Assembly: GCA_964016885.1 (NCBI GenBank)
Contig: OZ024742.1
Location: forward strand, 149,420,001-149,484,000
Reading direction: 5' to 3'
Origin: Eledone cirrhosa
Lineage: Eukaryota
DNA: 64,000 nt
The translations under genes were made by a program, and so were the position numbers. This document shows positions 14,473-28,059 of this stretch, in pieces. The first letter of the stretch is position 1. Each line of letters starts with the position of its first letter. The notes under the pieces are model-generated. The model saw only the letters and a list, made by a program, of their open reading frames with translations, had not been told where the DNA came from and did no database searches.

Positions 14473-15199
14473 AATGGGAGCAGGAAATGAATTTGGAACC
14501 TACATATACAATCACAATATATGTTTGTTATTTTATTAGATCTAAAGCTCATATGTGCATATATAATTAATACATATATGGTTAAGCAGTTCGATTCCCA
14601 GTTATGATTTTCCAAGTTTCATCTTACAGAATAGCATCTTGGGCGATTTTATCATGGCCTCAGGTCGACTCAAACCTTGTAAGTGAAATTAGGTAGACAG
14701 AACTTGCTTAGAAGTGTCGTTGAGTATCTGCAATTCAAAAGAATGTCACAGTGATCCTCCCCGAGAATTGCGTTATGAATACTCGTGTCTGTGGAATGCT
14801 TTGTCACACTAATTTTATGTTCCAGTTATTTGATTGACGGAACTGCCAACATGAAATTAGTGTGTACAGGAGGTTATATGCTAATTTGCCATGTAGTTCA
14901 TGCAGTCTTCTTTACTTTAGTTGAGATTAGGAAGTTGAACAATGGTCTAACCGGTTTTAACTAGTAACATCTCGCGAGCACGCACGCACCCCCACACGTA
15001 CACACGCACGCACATACACACACACGTATATATATTCATGTATGTATAAACTTATATTCAGATCGTAAAGCTAGTAGTCAACTGAGATGCAGTATTTTAA
15101 CTGTGTACGATAAAACTTGTCCTGATTGAATTATGCCAGACCGAACATGATGTGTTGAGACTCTAGACTCAGAAGTTGTTGGGCCTCCATCGAAAACGA

Positions 15200-15490
15200 C
15201 GACAAGTGCTTCAATTGATTCAATCAACGGAACTTTCTACTTATGAAATTAGCATTTATGTGGCTGAGCATTCGACAGACACATGCACTAATAACGTAGT
15301 TCTCTGGGAGATTCAGTGTGACACAATGTGTGACAAAGCTGGCCCCTTGAATTACAGATGCAATTATTTTTTTGTCAGCTGAGTGGACTGGAGTAACGTG
15401 AAATAAAGTGCTTTGTTCAAGAACACAACGCGCTGCCCGGTCAGGGAATCAAACTCACAACTGTACGATTGTGAGCCGAACACCCTAAGT
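15200..15490 (-). mobile_element. SINE family B
   Basis: Reverse complement of the B box and of the TTGAACAAAGCACTTTATTTCACGTTACTCCAGT core. Confidence 0.7.
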
Positions 15491-15618
15491 GCCTTCACTA
15501 GAAATATGTTTTGGAGTGGTATATCATTGTTTTTCTATCGCCATACAAATGATATGATGTCATCAATTCAAACCTATTTGGTATATTGTGGTCTATTACA
15601 GTTGTATATTGTATAGTT

Positions 15619-16281
15619 GGCATAGGTTAATTATAACGTCCGCGAAAGTGAAAGTCAATTTTCTGATAAGTGAATGTGTTGTTTTTTTTTTTTACAGTGA
15701 AATTTACGATAAACTCTTTGTTTATTTACAACAGGTCTCTATAGTGATATGGTGTTAATTAGTATTGCGTGTGTGATTATTTTCTCTTATATATATATGT
15801 GCGGGTGTGTATATGTGTGTATATATATGTGTGTCTGTATGTATATATATATGTGTGTTTGTATATATATATGTGTTTGTGTCATCATCATCGTTTAGAT
15901 GTTTTTACCCAAATCCCTTATCATTATCTGTCCTTCTTATGACCCGGTCTTAATTTATTTATAGTTGGTGCCAACTTTGGCAAGATATTACAAAAACATC
16001 TAAACGATGATGATGACACAAACACATATATATATACAAACACACATATATATATACATACAGACACACATATATATACACACATATACACACCCAGACA
16101 TATATATATATAAGAGAAAATAATCACACACGCAATACTAATTAACACCATATCACTATAGAAACCTGTTGTAAATAAACAAAGAGTTTATCGTAAATTT
16201 CACTGTAAAAAAAAAAGCAAACACATTCACTTGTCAGAAAACTGACTTTCACTTTCGCGGACGTTATAATTAACCTATGCC
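15619..16281. mobile_element. Foldback/MITE with about 288-bp TIRs and an 8-bp TSD (Merlin-like termini)
   Basis: Arms 15619-15906 and 15992-16281, 85-bp spacer, termini GGCATAGG...CCTATGCC, exact TSD GTATAGTT at 15611-15618 and 16282-16289. Confidence 0.88.
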
Positions 16282-16807
16282 GTATAGTTTATATGATTAA
16301 GTAGAATTGGTCAGCTAAGCTTATGTGAACACAATGGTGTATTTGTGATAGTATAGGAATGTTCAGTCGTTACCCTATTGATTCATCTGAAAACAATAAC
16401 TACATGAACCAAATGCTTGCTACTATATAGAATTCACGAAACCAGCTTTGTCTCATGCTGGACACTCATAATATGGCTGTGTGTTAAAGAAGTTCTCTTC
16501 ACAGCCAAAATGGTTCCGGCATAGATCCCAGTAATTCGGGCAAGTGTCTTCTAATTACGTTCTAACACACACGTATACACAAACACACACCCATACAGAA
16601 ACACACACCCATATAGAAACACACACACATACATACACAAACACACACCCATATAGAAACACACACCCATATGTGTGTATTGTTATTTCTTCTTTTGTTG
16701 AAGTAAACATAACACGTGTCTTTAAAGATTTTAAGAAACCTCAATTTATAACTGCAGTTTTCTTTTATGTTTACTAGTTGTAGCCCGGGTTTCTTTAGGA
16801 CATACAG

Positions 16808-17232
<425 letters not shown>

Positions 17233-17876
17233 TCTCTCTCTCACAGTATTTCTCTCTCAATAACAACAATCTCATTTTAGTGACAGTCGTTTTTTGAAGT
17301 CTGTGTTGGGTTGTATACATATTGAAGGACATACAGAAACACACAGAGACAACCCTCCACACTATAAACAGAGCCCATATTTTCGTTGGTTCAGACGTTA
17401 CATTTTAGTTAGTTAGAGAAAAAGGGAGGGGGAGAGTAGGATTTCTCTCCTTCTATATAAAGAGCGTGACGGACTGACAGACACGGTTCTTTTTATAATA
17501 TAGATTTTCAGATAAAGTTGACTGAGCAGTTTGGTCAATAGGCTAAATGATAATGCAGTTTAAAATAGGTGTTACACACTTACCCGCTTCACAAATGCGA
17601 TTATAAATGGAAATGTTGCACCAATAGAGTCAGCCGTCTTATTAACATTGGCGATGACAACGTAATCGGGCTTATTTTAACTATCGACGCCCCACACGCC
17701 GATATTAAAGTTTAGGAGGGCGCATGCACAATCTTAGTTACACACAACCTTATAGCAGACATATATACAGTTTAAAATAAAGAATCAGAGAGTAACTCAC
17801 TGAGACAAAGAAACACCAGTTTATGATGGGTAGGATACAATGATAGACAGAGAGATACTAAAATAATTGTAGCATG

Positions 17877-18241
17877 GGTGTGGTCACATTAGATATGTTG
17901 GTGTAGCCACATTAGATATGTTGGTGTGGCCACATTAGATATGTTGGTGTGGGCACATTAGATATGTTGGTGTGGCCACATTAGATATATTGGTGTGGGC
18001 ACATTAGATATATTGGTGTGGTCACATTAGATATGTTGGTGTGGTCACATTAGATATGTTGGTGTGGTCACATTAGATATGTTGGTGTAGTCACATTAGA
18101 TATGTTGGTGTGGCCACATTAGATATGTTGGTGTGGTCACATTAGATATGTTGGTGTGGCCACATTAGATATGTTGGTGTGGTCACATTAAATATGTTGG
18201 TGTAGTCACATTAGATATGTTGGTGTGGGCACATTAGATAT
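17877..18241. repeat. 23-bp minisatellite, about 16 copies (GGTGTGGTCACATTAGATATGTT)
   Basis: Head-to-tail units with 1-2 substitutions and no spacers. Confidence 0.95.
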
Positions 18242-18661
18242 AACTTTTATTTTAGCCTTTGTGCTTCTTAGCCAAAACACAGTTTATAAAGTGTAAATAC
18301 GTGTTTACCGTTTAATCTTAGTTAGGTATTGTATGGTCCCGTAACTCCTGATAGAGTCATAGGGGCGCCATATTGACAGGTGGTGTTTCTTGGGTCTTTT
18401 AAGCCTTGCAGAGCCCATCCCTCTCCAGGCCTGAATACAGAAGATTTCTTCCAGAGAGAGGAAGAATCGACCTCAATACTAGACTGGTACTTTTTTTATC
18501 GACCTCGAAAGGATGAAAGGCAAAGTTGACATCGGCGGGATTTGAACTCAGAAAGCAGAGAGCCGGAACGAATAACATAAAACATTCTATCCGACGTTCT
18601 AACGAATCTGCCATTTTGCTGCCTATAATCTTAGGTTACTCATCAGTAAAATAAAAAAATA

Positions 18662-19075
18662 GTTTCTGATTTAGGCACAAGGCCAACACTTTTTGAGGGG
18701 GAGAATGTCAATTAAATGGATACCAGTGCGTTACTGATACATTATTTTATCGACCCCTGGCGGTGGATTGGCAGTATCGGTGGAGGGTCGGACGCCATGC
18801 TTTCCAGCATAGTTACGTCCCTTTACGATCTGAGTTCAAATCCCGCCGAGGTTGACTTTGCCTTTCATCCTTACGGGGTCGATAAAATAAAGTACCAGTA
18901 ATGCACTGAATAATTGCTGGCCTTGTGCCTAAAGTAGAAACAATTATTTTATCGACCCCGTAAGGATGAAAAGCAAAGCTAACTCCCGCAGGATTTGAAC
19001 TTAGAATGCAGTGAGCTGGAACAAATACCGTAGCATTTTTTTAATCCGATGCCATTACGATGCCAAACCACCACT
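18662..19075 (-). mobile_element. Older SINE A interrupted by a young SINE A (+ strand, 18759-18942)
   Basis: The inner copy is flanked by a 17-bp TSD ATTATTTTATCGACCCC (18741-18757 and 18943-18959) taken from the outer SINE core. Confidence 0.88.
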
Positions 19076-19136
19076 TTCAATCAGTAAAATAAAAAAATAA
19101 ATAAATGTAGGTGTTGTAAGACTTCAAATTAATCAT

Positions 19137-19520
19137 TCACAGGAAGAGCGGTATTGCCCGCATCCGTTGTAGGCCTTCAAGACTGACAATACTGAGGCAG
19201 TTGTAGATTAGTTTGAAATTCTTGTAGTTAAACATAGAAATATGAGCAAACGGAGAGTTCCAGGTTGATGTAGAGTTCATACGTGTGGCCTGATTAAATA
19301 AAATATTAAGTGCTTGATCTAGAAGGTGACTCATAGGAAGTTTTGTGAAAAGATATACGTGTCTGTCAATTTGACCTGGGTGGAGAAAGTATGCTATATG
19401 TAGTTTAGAGGAATGTAGACCGTTGTAATACCGGTAGAAGGGCCAGAGAGAAAAAAACATTGTGTCTGGGAGCTAGTAATTGTAGAACGCTGGTAAACGA
19501 GGTTTTTCTAATTAGCTGAA
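19137..19520 (-). mobile_element. Degenerate 3' fragment of a CR1/Jockey-group LINE
   Basis: Translation FSLWPFYRYYNGLHSSKL...STWNS resembles the C-terminal SLFYRYYNG/LWNSLP region of these LINEs. Confidence 0.5.
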
Positions 19521-19604
19521 CTGTTTTCCTTTGTATGTGGTCTACAATATGCATATGTATGTGTATATGTGTGTATGTGTATTATGTGTATGCGTGTATG
19601 TGTA

Positions 19605-19713
<109 letters not shown>

Positions 19714-19974
19714 CAGCACCACATGAGATATCTAAGTATTGTTATATAAGGGAAATCAACTTCAGCAATTGAAAGATATACTAATTTGTTGTGTCTTTGA
19801 GGATTTTAGTTGTGTGTTACATGTGTAGAGAATGTATGATACTAGACTGTTTTCTTCGCTAGGTGTCACCACTGTTGTTCTACTGGTGTTGGAGGAGACA
19901 ACGTTATCATTGGAGCTGAAAAATATTCGGAGTTTTAGTGCAAGGCTGACACGACGGCTCCAGAACCTTCCTTA

Positions 19975-20280
19975 TGGCAGAATCGTTAGAGCATCCGATA
20001 GAATGCCTTGTGGTATTCGTTGTAGCTCTCTGCACTCTGAGGTCAACTTAGCCTTTCATCTATTCGAAATCAATCAAAAAAAAAAAAATACCCGTCGTGT
20101 ACTGAGCTCGGTTCTTTCTCTAACATCTCTTTCTCACTTCCTGTCTCACCTTCTCTAGAAGAAATCGGCTGTGTTCATATATGGAGAGGGGATAAGCGCT
20201 GCCAGGTATAAAATTCCCAAGACATGGTACTCTTACTACTCCATCACTCCATCAGGAGTTACGGGTCAATACATACATTA
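19975..20280 (+). mobile_element. SINE A subfamily with an alternative tail (GAAGAAATCGGCTGTGTTCA)
   Basis: Same head and core as SINE A with a distinct tail, shared with about 18400-18620 (-), 24725-24990, 27540-27790, 40800-41075 and 50460-50750. Confidence 0.7.
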
Positions 20281-21269
20281 CTACATTCCTACGAATACTG
20301 TACGGAGCATCTTGATTCCAAACTTTGGTCTAGATGTCTAGTCAGATTCGAAATTACAGGTTTTCTGTTTGGATTCTATAAAGTTTCAATATTTACCACC
20401 CACTAAATATTTATTTTGCAATGAATATTAGTCAATAATTACAGTGTATGAAAACAAAAAACGATGGATATGTAAAGATACACAGGGTCAAATGTGTTAT
20501 GAAAAATATGCAGACATGCATACATACACACACGCGCCTGCATATATATATATATATATATATATATTGAGAGAGAGAGAGAGAGGGAGAGAGAGAAAGA
20601 AAGAAAGAAAGAAAGCGAGAGAGAGAAAACCAAAAAAGGTGGGGAAGGAAGAGCGATGGAGAAGGATTTGGAAAGAGAGATAAGCATAAAGTGAGGAAAA
20701 GGACATAATAGCAGATAGACAGACAAACTGACAGACATACAGTCAGATAGAAATACACACAGGCAGACAGAAAGACACACATATAAGCAGACTGACAAAC
20801 AGACAGACAGATGATCAGTTTTAGGGATAGAAATGACAGATATGTGGACTGACACAGAAATATAGACTCAAAAAATGTCGGTTAAACAGGTTGTCACATC
20901 AAAAAGATTGTTATGGCTTCTACAAACATTGTTTTGTAGATTTTCGCTCCCTTAAAATAATTCTCGGCTCCCTATTTATCCACCCATTCTCTCTTTGCAC
21001 ATTCTCTCTCCCCCTCTCTCTCTCTTTCTCTCTCTTGCCCTCTCTCTCTCCCTTACTCTCTCTTTCTTCTTTCTGTCACTTCCTATTTCTATCTCTCTGC
21101 CTCTCTTTCTGCACACTCACTCTTTTTGCATATATCGATGTTGTGTGCGTATATATATATATATATATATATGCACACATCGATATATGAACCTGTTATT
21201 TTTTTTCTAAAAACATTTTTTCCAATTCCACCCCGCCCGTCCCTTCAATCTTTCTAATTTCTCATTCTT

Positions 21270-21305
21270 TCTTCTGATGAAGGACTAGCGTCCCAAACGC
21301 TAAGA
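21270..21305 (+). ncRNA. Decayed minimal type I hammerhead (PLE-type)
   Basis: UCUU-CUGAUGA-AGGAC UAGC GUCC-CAAA-CGCUA-AGA. GAAA is mutated to CAAA. Confidence 0.55.
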
Positions 21306-22566
21306 CCCTCTTTTTGATCTTTCAAGCGTAGGTCCAGTGAGTGTGTAGGTCCAGTAGACGTGTAGGTCCATGTGGGTGTGTAGGTCCAGTGGATGTGTAG
21401 GTCCATGTGACAGTCTAAAATCAAAGCTGAGTAAATTTGGTGAATGTCATGTGACAGAATAATCAACTGTTGCAGGTATTTGAACTGTTAGAAATAGCAG
21501 CCAAATCTATCTTAATTCACAACAACTGCCATACACATGAAAGAATACATCGGAGAAAGTAACCCGAGAGATATTATAGCTCGAAAATACAGGATAGTCA
21601 CAGACAAAGTCTTTGTTCTTGTTTTTGTTTAATACAAGGTCAGTCCTGATCAGAGAGACCTGTGATCAAAGGTTTTAAATTCGTGACCATTTCATTTTTT
21701 CCCTAGGGATCTCAATATGATATTATCCAAAGAACGTTTTTTTAAGACGGTGAGTCTGTGTGATTTAAGGAATATTTGACAGCTATGTCTAGCAGGTCTA
21801 ATGGCCACGTAGAAGCTATTTTGTTGGCCATGTCAGTTGACATAATTCCTGTGACAAACGGTGGCGTGGTGGTAGGATGTCGGAAGTCGCAGAATAATAA
21901 ATAACAAGAGAATTAAATTTAACACAAAGACCTGCCCTTTCTTCACTCGTCTTTGCGGCTTTGTCTCCAGCTTTGCTAGACCTTTTCAGAGTGCAACGCG
22001 ACAGCGATCATCTATTGTTACTGAATTTGGAGGAGATGGTGGTTAAATAAACGGCATTTAAATACCAGTTCTCAGATTAGAACACTAGTTAACCACATGA
22101 CAATTACATCTACTTAGACTCGCACCTTGAAACTAGGAATTTCAGTTTATAATCTCATTTATGATAAACTATTACCCCTGACCTATCTTCCCGTCCATTT
22201 CCTTTTGTTTTCTTTACGGTGTAACATACTTATATTACTCTCTTCACAACAACTTTTCTATTTTTTCTTCTAAAGAGCATTTCTGTTCCTGGGGTAGATT
22301 ACATCGTCATTGTGTATTAAGTGGCGGTACATTGCATGTCTAAGGCAGCGAATTGGCAGAGCCATTCGAATGTCGGATAGAATGCTTGGCGGTTTTCGTT
22401 CCAACTCTCTGTGCTCTAAATTCAAATCCAGATGTCAACTTTACCTTTCATCCTTTCAGGTCAATAAAAAAAGTAACAGTCCAGTACTGGGATCGATTCT
22501 TCTTCTATATATCTTTCTCCCTTTCCAGATTTTTCCAGATATGTAGAGGGGGATAGACCCTACCAG

Positions 22567-22747
<181 letters not shown>

Positions 22748-24066
22748 ATTACGGGTGGCCTTCCGAAGGTAATCGAGAAGAAAACACAAGTTCAATAAGG
22801 TACCCAATACATTAGTAGAAAACAAGCGAAGACTCATTTATTTTATATAAAAATAACTTTCACAGGACTCGAGATGTATTATTCGATACATATACCATAC
22901 AGAAGGTTCTTTGTATACAGAAAATCTCACTGAAAAGATAGCCAAAATATATCTAATTAAGCATATACATATAGAATAACTGATGCAAAGTTAACGGACG
23001 AGCAGATTGCTAGTTAGAGCTAGGCAACTCTGCTATTCAGAAACACCACCCTGTGTACATTCTCGTGCATTTACTTATTGAGTCTCCTATAACTACTTCA
23101 GCAAATATTGTGAAATAGAAGTTTTCGCTGATGAGGTCAATAATACCAAAACATATTCGGAGTTGTTTCTCGTAATTGCCATTAAAATGGTGTTAATCAA
23201 TGGCGAATATTATCTTTTTTCATCGAATAAATATTTCTAGTTAGCATTTTTAATGCTATCTGCATTAAGCATATAAGTAAATATACTATTATTGGAAATT
23301 ACGCGTCTCGGCTTGTCTATCTTATGTAAAAACATATCTTCATAGGGACTGACGCTCTCTCGGATTGCTGTCAGGTTACATCGAAGTAGCTAGTCATGCT
23401 CTTTGATCTAGAAGACACTGTTTTTATCCATATAGTAATTTTGTCATTAGAACAGCTTGTTTTTATTACCGTTGCGTTTGTTGTTATTTAGTTCCAGGTC
23501 AGCCCTGATTTACTTACTAGGCCTACTGTCAAAAGCGTTTCAGATTTGAGCATCACGTATTTTCATGTGTATTTCAAACATTATCTAAAGTTTCTTTATT
23601 TTAGACAGTAGGATATGATTTGAGGGAGATTTGGATTCTATTTATAGCATCATGCAATTTATAGGATTATGCTATTTATATGATCATGCAAAGGTTCCCT
23701 CCGGCTTGTATTGTTTTGTTGTTTTAATACACTCCTTTTAATGTTTAGTTATTTCATGCAACCAGTGAAATAATACGATGTTTTGTTGATGTCGTCATCA
23801 CTACAATGGTTATTATAATGTCACTTTCTATAATATTTTCTGTTTGTGTCATACAGACTCACACCGAATACTAAGTAAGCATAGAATACTAAGTAAACAA
23901 ACCCCCATCTTGCTCTTTGTAATATAACATGTGATTACTGCAAAAATACTCAACCCGCAATTATTGTTGTCAATGACGTTGCTATACTGGAAAGTAACCC
24001 CTTAGAGCAAATTAAACTCCTGAGCTACTGGATCTCGACCACATTTTCAGTGTTTTGTAGTAGATA

Positions 24067-24240
24067 CAGTGAAATTCTGTTATAACGAAATTCACGGGGT
24101 TATAAAAAAATTCGTTGTAACGAAAAATTCTTTATAACGAGATCGACCTAACACATCGAATGTGTGGCCGAGATTGGAAAAAACTTCGTTATACTGAAAA
24201 ATTCGTTATAAGGATATTTGTTATAACGGAATTTTACCTG
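24067..24240. mobile_element. Tigger/pogo-type MITE
   Basis: TA|CAGTGAAATTCTGTTATAACG ... GTTATAACGGAATTTTACCTG|TA, with repeated internal TTCGTTATAAC motifs. Confidence 0.82.
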
Positions 24241-26113
24241 TATTTTATTTTATTTAAGTTGTTAGTGTTCTGCTCCAGACCAGGTGTCCCGAAACTCATG
24301 GTAATTACCCCAACTGGGGCAAAATGGATTTAGCTGGGGTAATACCAAAGATACAATGAGGAGAGCCCACGGTCACATGTCCGCCTCCAGTTATCGCGCT
24401 TCTCGAAAGGGGGCGGGTCCTAAATGACTCCCCACTCTTCAAACAATAAGATCCATATTAGTCTTATGGTCTTCGTAATGTTCGTCCTTCGTCTCGCACT
24501 GCACCAGAAATACAAGATATCAGTAGGAAGTTGCCAAGTCATAAGTTGAGGTTTATCGTTGACGTTAATTCATTTTAAAATTCAAATTTGTGCTCAACAC
24601 TTGTGCTTCTTTTCTGCCACGATAGGTAAAATTAGTTTAGGTTAGGTTAGTTTAGCTTAGTTAATAATAGAAGGGGCTCCTCTATGATAATTATGATTTA
24701 CTATACATGTTTATTAAAGTTTGAACGTCGGATAAAATGCTTCGAGTATTCGTTTCGGATCTCTGCGCTTTGATTTCAAATCTTGCCGGGGTCAAATTTG
24801 CCTTCTATCGTTTCAAGATAGATTAATAAAGTACTAGTCAGTACTGTGGTCGATTATTCGTCTGCTTCTCTCTCTAGAAGAAATCAACCGTGCTTAAACT
24901 TATAGAGGGATGTCTGCCATGTTTAAATACTCAAGATACGTCGTATATAATTATAGTGCCACTACAACTCCATCAGAAGTTAAGGGCCCACGAACGCCAA
25001 CACAAACGAACACAAACGAACACAAACGAACATTATAAATATAAATCCAACACGTTTATTTATAAAATTAAAACAACATGGAATACGACGGGAATGTTTT
25101 GAATAAGTTTATATAATTTTCTATCGTGTTTTCCAATGCTAAGAGAACCACTGCCTTGTTTAAGGCTTGGATTGATGCTGAGGTTTGTCAGGTTTTTTGT
25201 TGAATAAATGATTAAATGTACATATATAGTGTTATTTTTGTCACTGATTTTGTAAAAGTCAAACTCCTGAAGTTGATGAGAAATAATTCTGTAACGCGTA
25301 GCATATTTGACAGTCAAGATTATTACATTTTCTGGCTTTAGCAAGAAACAATGGAATACTCAACTCAAATGCCTTTAGCTGTCACTACCTATACGTTTGT
25401 ACTTGAGTTCTCAGCAATATACAGTGTCATATCTAAGACTAGAAATGATCTTGTTCCAGGCTCAGATATGAAGCTTGTTCTGCAAAAGTCTAAACCACGC
25501 ATCCAAAATCTGGTATCCAAAATACTTTATCCATCTGTCTAACTAAATCCATGATAGCACTGTATACTAAATGTTGAATTGTTCCAGAATTGTGCCTTTG
25601 TGTTTTGTTTAGTATGCAATTTTATGTTGAACTTGTCAGATTGTAAACAGGAGAAAAATTGGAAACGAGTTTTGGAAGCAGCACTGTCTAAGACAAAGGT
25701 ATCATGTGACACTTTATTACTCTTTCCTATATAAATAGGAGGCATTGTGCTCTAAGTACGAACAATTGTAATATATAAAATGACTCAATAAGAGTCGAAA
25801 TACGAAGACTGAAAAATATCACCAGCTTCTTAATCTGATTGCATATATTTATTTTTCTTGTTTAAACTGTGGATCCGTTGAGTGTAGATAATTTATTAGC
25901 CTTCATTTGTATTTTTCTGACAGAGAAAATAAAGTGTACTCTTGCCAGTATTCAATGTTTGCGATTTAGTAAATATATAACTAATATAAAAACTATCAAA
26001 AGTATTTTTGGAGCGGGATGGGATCAGAGCAAATAGATTTTTGTGGGAGGAATCTGTTGATAGAAACTAATTCAACTAAAATCTTTCTTCTGCGTATTAT
26101 TTAACTCTGAAGG

Positions 26114-26296
26114 GCGGCGGATTGGCAGTATCGGTAGAGGGTCGGACGCCATGCTTTCCAGCATAGTTACGTCCTTTTACGATCTGAGTTCAAATCCCGC
26201 CGAGGTTGACTCAGCCTTTCATCCTTACGGGGTCGATAAAATAAAGTACCAGTAATGCACTGGATAATTGCTGGCCTTGTGCCTAAAGTAGAAACA
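26114..26296 (+). mobile_element. Young SINE family A with TSD
   Basis: Full length. 15-bp TSD ATTATTTAACTCTGA at 26096-26110 and 26297-26311. Confidence 0.92.
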
Positions 26297-28059
26297 ATTA
26301 TTTAACTCTGACTCATTCTGTGTATTAGGCAAAGTGTATAAGAGTTTACTCCTAGTATTCAATGTTCAAACGCAGTCATGCGAATAGGAAAGCCAGTTTA
26401 TCGGAGATCATGCACGTACGAGTAGCTGAATTTAATATCAAAGCTAACGAATACTCCATGGTATCTCTTACAGCTAGGATGAACTGGGAAATTAAGAATT
26501 AAGCACTATTGTTAACCACACTCCCAATGATGGCATATAGATAATCGTCCTTTGACTCGAAGATCCACATGTTTTATTTATTTGAGCGAGCGGTGGACGA
26601 TCTATATCTCATTACTGACATTGAATATGGCCAAGCCAAATAACCATTACTGGCTCAGTTGAAATAACAATAAATATGTTTCATGTGATTGTAAAGTTCA
26701 GGTCCGTCGCTAGGTTTTAGTGTTTAGAAGAACCTTAGAACATTCAGGATGGGCACTCTAATTCCATAGGGAAATTTTTGACCAGTTTCTTTGGATAACT
26801 GTTTCTTGAAATTTATTTTCATTCTATGTTCTTGCTTTGAGAAGAAAAATTAGTAAAGAGAAGCCTACGTGGAACGTATTTAGGACGCTTTCTTTTTTAT
26901 AAACTCAATTTTCCTAATCTGAGGGAGCACACCATTAAAAAGTGAGGAGGTAGTGCTATTCAGGGCCCTCCTTGCCTGGTTGAGTTTACAGTTGCAATAT
27001 GCTTCCTTATCTGAAATCATAACATGACAGTAAATTTTGTGAGGAATGATCAACTTCTGGCTTTATTTGATCTAGTTTTACTAGATAAACTTTATAGGAT
27101 TAATACCATTTACATACGTTTAAATGTAGCTAAGTCTTTATAAAGAAGGCTTCTGTTTAAGAAGTGTTTGACACTATGAAAGATGAAATCTGTGAAATCT
27201 ATAAAATATTTCAGTATAGGAAATATGTAGCCTATTCATTGATATATGTATAACAACCACACAATTAACTTCTATTCTATATCTACAAATTGATACTGGT
27301 GAAAACAAACAAAAGAGAACAAAAGCATAAAGAAAATGAACGAAATAAATAAATTCCAACGGAAGTTATACAAAGACTTAACGGCAAAGTTTGAAATAAA
27401 GTCGAATAGATTTTGTATGTTTTCTTTCTCTTGTTTTCATATCTTAATTTTTTTTCTTAGAAAACCTTATGTTTTGAATTAGATTTATGTTGTTATTTCA
27501 ATTCAAAAAATGTTTCTAATTTACATTGGCTACGTCAGTGGAAGGATGAAAAACAAAACGATAATGGTGAAGTAAAAATGTACCAGTCAAGTACTGAGGT
27601 CAATGTTTTCTCTATGCCTCTTTTTCACATCTCTCACTTTTTCTTTATCTCACTCTCCTTCATCTATCTCTCTTACTTTCTCTCTTTCTCTGGAAGAAAT
27701 CGGCTGTATTCAGACCTGGAGAGGGATGGATTCAGCCAGATTTAAAATCCCGAAGATACGTCGTATGTCACTACGGTGCCCCCACGACTCCATTACATGA
27801 TGGCTGCAATCCGATTTCATTTCAAGTAATATCATCACTTGATACTTAAACATGAGCATCATGGAGGTAGCTTTTTAGTCCTTATAGGGATTTGCTTATG
27901 ACCAGCAATGCCATGCATCACAAAATATGTCACATATCAAGCGATGCCTGTGCTTGAAGCATTTTTAAGTGAGGAAAACCTTTGCACGGGGCCAATCCCA
28001 CTGCATCGAATTCATTTACCCAAAACGTAGAACTGGTCTACATCATTGGATGCAAATGA

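Noticed and set aside
17877-18241. CRISPR array
   Set aside because: Units are head-to-tail with no unique spacers, there are no cas genes, and the context is eukaryotic.
25040-25820. Possible highly decayed PLE RT on the minus strand and an HHR-like GACTC-AATAA-GAGTC-GAAA hairpin
   Set aside because: Motif resemblance is too weak to support without a profile search, and the first HHR box is absent.
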